From Nitrospirota bacterium (lineage in GTDB: Bacteria; Nitrospirota; Thermodesulfovibrionia; Thermodesulfovibrionales; Dissulfurispiraceae): 64,000 nt of DNA. The notes below the pieces were generated by a model. That model was not told where the DNA came from and ran no database searches. It worked only from the letters and a program-made list of their open reading frames with translations. Made by a program: the position numbers and the translations under genes. The DNA lies in the NCBI GenBank assembly GCA_963790025.1, contig CAWBMP010000004.1, positions 1 through 64,000 on the forward strand. The letters are read 5' to 3'. Below are positions 61,167 through 64,000 of this stretch, in pieces (within the stretch, counting starts at the first letter, position 1; each line of letters opens with the position of its first letter).

Positions 61167-62357
61167 TTATTGTTTTCCCTCTTTAAGTTTTTTTATCAAG
61201 ACAGGTAAGACTTCATTAACATCGCCTACAATTCCGTAGGTGGCAACATTGAATATGGGGGCCTCGGGATTTTTATTGATGGCAATAATTATATCCGAGG
61301 ACTGCATCCCTACGAGGTGCTGTACCGCCCCGGATATGCCGCAGGCTATATAGACTTTGGGACAGACCGTTTTTCCTGTCTGCCCCACCTGATGGCTGTA
61401 AGGTATCCATCCTTCGTCGACTGCCGCCCTTGAAGCAGCAACAGCACCATCCAGCAGACCTGCCAGTTCCTCAAGCAGCGCAAATCCTTTGGCGTTGCTC
61501 ATGCCCCTTCCACCCGCAATAATAACTTCTGCTTCCTGAAGATTAACCATGCATTCCGAAGCTTCTTTCAGCGTTTCAACCACTTTCGTACGGCAAGTGA
61601 GATTGCCGGCGTCTACATGGATAATATCGCCTGTTCGATCGGGATCGGCATCTATCCTCTTCATAACCCTGGGCCTGACCGTCGCAATCTGCGGACGGTA
61701 ATTAGGGCAGAGTATCGTCGCCATGATATTACCACCGAAAGCAGGCCTTACCTGGAGCAGATTGCCGGTTTCTTTATCAATGTCGAGTGCGGTGCAGTCT
61801 GCGGTAAGTCCTGTTTTGAGCCGTGCCGCAACCCTCGGTATGAATGACCGCCCTATAGGTGTGGCCCCGGCCAGGACAATTTCAGGCTTATAATCTTTTA
61901 TGAGTTTTGTAAGCAATTGTGAATACGGCTCGTCATTAAAGGTCCCGAAGATGGGGTCTTCGCAGTGGTACACCTTATCGGCTCCCCACGAGATCAGCTC
62001 CTTGGCCGCATAGGCGGCGGCCCCGAACAGTATGGCCGACAGTTCGGTCTTTAATTCATCGGCAAGCCTCCTGCCTGCACCGAGAAGTTCGAAAGCCACA
62101 GAAGCTATTTTTGCGTCCCGCTGCTCCGCAAAAATCCATACGCCGCGGTACCCCGACAGGTTTGATTTTTGCCTGTCCCACTCATCTGCCACCTCGACAA
62201 TTGCGCCTTCGGGGCATGTACCGAGGCACGTCTTGCAGAACTCGCAATATTCGTTTATGACGGCCTTGTCGCCTTTAATTTCTATCGCAGTATAGGGGCA
62301 TGATTCGACGCACTCCTGGCATCCGGTACATCTTTCCGTATTTATGATAATTCGCAT
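61167..62357 (-). CDS. etfA: ETF alpha subunit with N-terminal 2[4Fe-4S] domain
   Basis: CTGCQECVESCP, CEFCKTCLGTCP; QVGQTGK, GISGAVQH. Confidence 0.93.
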   Translation of the reverse strand: MRIIINTERCTGCQECVESCPYTAIEIKGDKAVINEYCEFCKTCLGTCPEGAIVEVADEWDRQKSNLSGYRGVWIFAEQRDAKIASVAFELLGAGRRLADELKTELSAILFGAAAYAAKELISWGADKVYHCEDPIFGTFNDEPYSQLLTKLIKDYKPEIVLAGATPIGRSFIPRVAARLKTGLTADCTALDIDKETGNLLQVRPAFGGNIMATILCPNYRPQIATVRPRVMKRIDADPDRTGDIIHVDAGNLTCRTKVVETLKEASECMVNLQEAEVIIAGGRGMSNAKGFALLEELAGLLDGAVAASRAAVDEGWIPYSHQVGQTGKTVCPKVYIACGISGAVQHLVGMQSSDIIIAINKNPEAPIFNVATYGIVGDVNEVLPVLIKKLKEGKQ

Positions 62358-63133
62358 TTCAATCCTCTCAGCTCCTTTATAAGTGCCTCGACCTGCTCCT
62401 CAAGACTGCCCTCCAGCATCTTCCTGTCAGCCTTTATTTGCGGGGCGAATATGTTCCTGACCTGCGTCGGAGACCCCTTCAAGCCGATATTCTCCTCTTC
62501 CGCGCCGATGGCGTTTAAATCCATTTTCGTGATTACCGCTTTCTTTGCAGCCATCTTACCTTTAAGCGAAGGCAGGCGCGGGGTGTTAATCTCCTTGACC
62601 ACGGTCATAAGCACAGGCAGTGAAGATTCTACCACGTCGTAGCCGTCGTCCATCAAACGCTGCACGCGTACCATGCCGTCTCCCAGCTCATCGATCTTTC
62701 TAACATATGCAATATGGGGAATATCCAGAAACTCCGCCACTTCAGGGCCAACCTGTGCTGTGTCGCCGTCGATCGCCTGCTTGCCGCAAAGAATGATATC
62801 ATAACCGATCTTATCTATGGCCTTGTACAGAACATAAGATGTGGCCCACGTATCGGCGCCCGCAAAAGCCTTGTCAGATATAAGCCTCACCTCATCGGCG
62901 CCCATAGAGACAGCCTCCCTCAATGCGACCTCAGCCTGTGGAGGACCCATGGTAATAACAGTTACTTTCCCTCCTGTTTTCTCCCTGATCTGCAGTGCCG
63001 CCTCAAGCGCATGCAGGTCATAAGGATTTATAATGCTTGGGACCCCCTCGCGCACTAGCGTATTTGTTTCAGGGTTTATCCGCACTTCGGCAGTGTCGGG
63101 GACCTGTTTGATGCAAACAATAATATTCACCAT
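62342..63133 (-). CDS. etfB: ETF beta subunit
   Basis: CIKQVPD, INPYD, CGKQAIDGDTAQVG. Confidence 0.95.
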   Translation of the reverse strand: MVNIIVCIKQVPDTAEVRINPETNTLVREGVPSIINPYDLHALEAALQIREKTGGKVTVITMGPPQAEVALREAVSMGADEVRLISDKAFAGADTWATSYVLYKAIDKIGYDIILCGKQAIDGDTAQVGPEVAEFLDIPHIAYVRKIDELGDGMVRVQRLMDDGYDVVESSLPVLMTVVKEINTPRLPSLKGKMAAKKAVITKMDLNAIGAEEENIGLKGSPTQVRNIFAPQIKADRKMLEGSLEEQVEALIKELRGLKCELS

Positions 63134-63183
63134 ATCCTCCAAAGTAAAAAGTAAGAAGACTGCGGCGCAACCTTAAAGCGACT

Positions 63184-63383
63184 GCGCATAGCCTGGAGAC
63201 AAGCAGTGTCGGCCTGAACGAAATTGATGTTTTTCGTTCACAGTTCTTGGCGAATGGAACGTGTAGCAGCCGTAACTGTTTGAGCCGGAGGCGAGTTTTA
63301 CGGCTGTAGTGGAATGAGCCGTAGAACTGTCGAAAAACATCATCTGAGTGAAAGACGGCGCTGCTTGACTCCAGGCTATGTGC
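63184..63383. repeat. Nested-hairpin (MITE/REPIN-like) element
   Basis: 28-nt terminal inverted repeat (24/28), inner GATGTTTTTCG/CGAAAAACATC, core shared with 47586-47626. Confidence 0.75.
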
Positions 63384-63427
63384 TCTCACTCTTAATAGCA
63401 CCAGTCTTTAGCTTAAAATTATACCTT

Positions 63428-63802
63428 TTATTTCTCTTTCGTTTCAAGCACAACGGTCGCCACGGCGTAATGCCGCTCATGGGAAAGGGTAAGATTGATG
63501 ATGTAGCGCTTCGGTAAATCTCCCGGGACGGTAATATAGGGCTTTCCCGATGGAAGATTCAGTACTGCAATATCGGTCATGTGCGGCATCCCGTAAGGTG
63601 CCTCCCGGCCTGATAATGCCTTTATAAATGCCTCCTTTGCGGCAAAACGGACGGCAAGGCATTGGAACACGTTTTTATTCTTGTAACAATAAGATATTTC
63701 ATTCTCAGTGAATATTTTTCTTAAAAATTTATCACCCCATTTTTGGACCGCATTTTTTATTCTATCTATTTCGACAATATCAGTGCCAATGCCGCAGATC
63801 AT
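63428..63802 (-). CDS. acpS: Holo-ACP synthase
   Basis: GIGTDIV, RFAAKEAF, SGKP, LSH. Confidence 0.95.
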   Translation of the reverse strand: MICGIGTDIVEIDRIKNAVQKWGDKFLRKIFTENEISYCYKNKNVFQCLAVRFAAKEAFIKALSGREAPYGMPHMTDIAVLNLPSGKPYITVPGDLPKRYIINLTLSHERHYAVATVVLETKEK

Positions 63803-64000
63803 TAAAACCCCACTAACTCCTTCATCTCTCTCACCGCTCTCTGGATTCCCACGAGCACTGCTCTTGAAATAATGCTGTGCCCGATATAAAGCCCTCTGAT
63901 TTCCTTTATTGCAGCTATATCCATTACATTGAAGTAATTCAGACCGTGGCCGGCGTTGGCATGCAGGCCCTGCTTGACTGCTATTTTGACAGCTTCAGCA
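63802..64000 (-). CDS. pdxJ: Pyridoxine 5'-phosphate synthase, 3' part (runs off the window)
   Basis: [30 protein letters not shown]. Confidence 0.9.
   Translation of the reverse strand, partial: AEAVKIAVKQGLHANAGHGLNYFNVMDIAAIKEIRGLYIGHSIISRAVLVGIQRAVREMKELVGF

Overview
Mostly core chromosome of an anaerobe-type bacterium. Gene content and style suggest Nitrospirota (Thermodesulfovibrionia-like) or a Desulfobacterota relative; this is an inference. Housekeeping content: ccsA-hemA-hemC-cobA/hemD, tyrS, argJ, mlaEFDC, prmA, ychF, tRNA-Ser(GCT), tilS, two HtrA proteases, hemW, ribD, a UbiD-family gene, ndk, fabD, etfAB, acpS and partial pdxJ. Accessory content: (i) a 12 kb respiratory island with norCB-CBS-HPP-MOSC converging on an 11-gene run joining a Tat metallophosphoesterase, a CuA cupredoxin, a SorAB-like sulfite dehydrogenase and a cytochrome c to an A2-type cytochrome c oxidase; (ii) hcp, which shares a TTGAC-N4-GTCAA box with norC; (iii) a toxin-antitoxin patch interleaved with REP-associated tyrosine transposase (RAYT) fragments and 20-bp end repeats; (iv) a Ni/Co ECF module lacking its M subunit; (v) an orphan, extremely acidic flagellin-like protein. 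The ORF track misses two tandem microprotein clusters (one behind a sigma54 promoter), several gene relics, candidate leaderless transcripts, nested-hairpin repeats, and short tandem repeats found both between genes and in frame inside genes. No CRISPR array or rRNA was seen.
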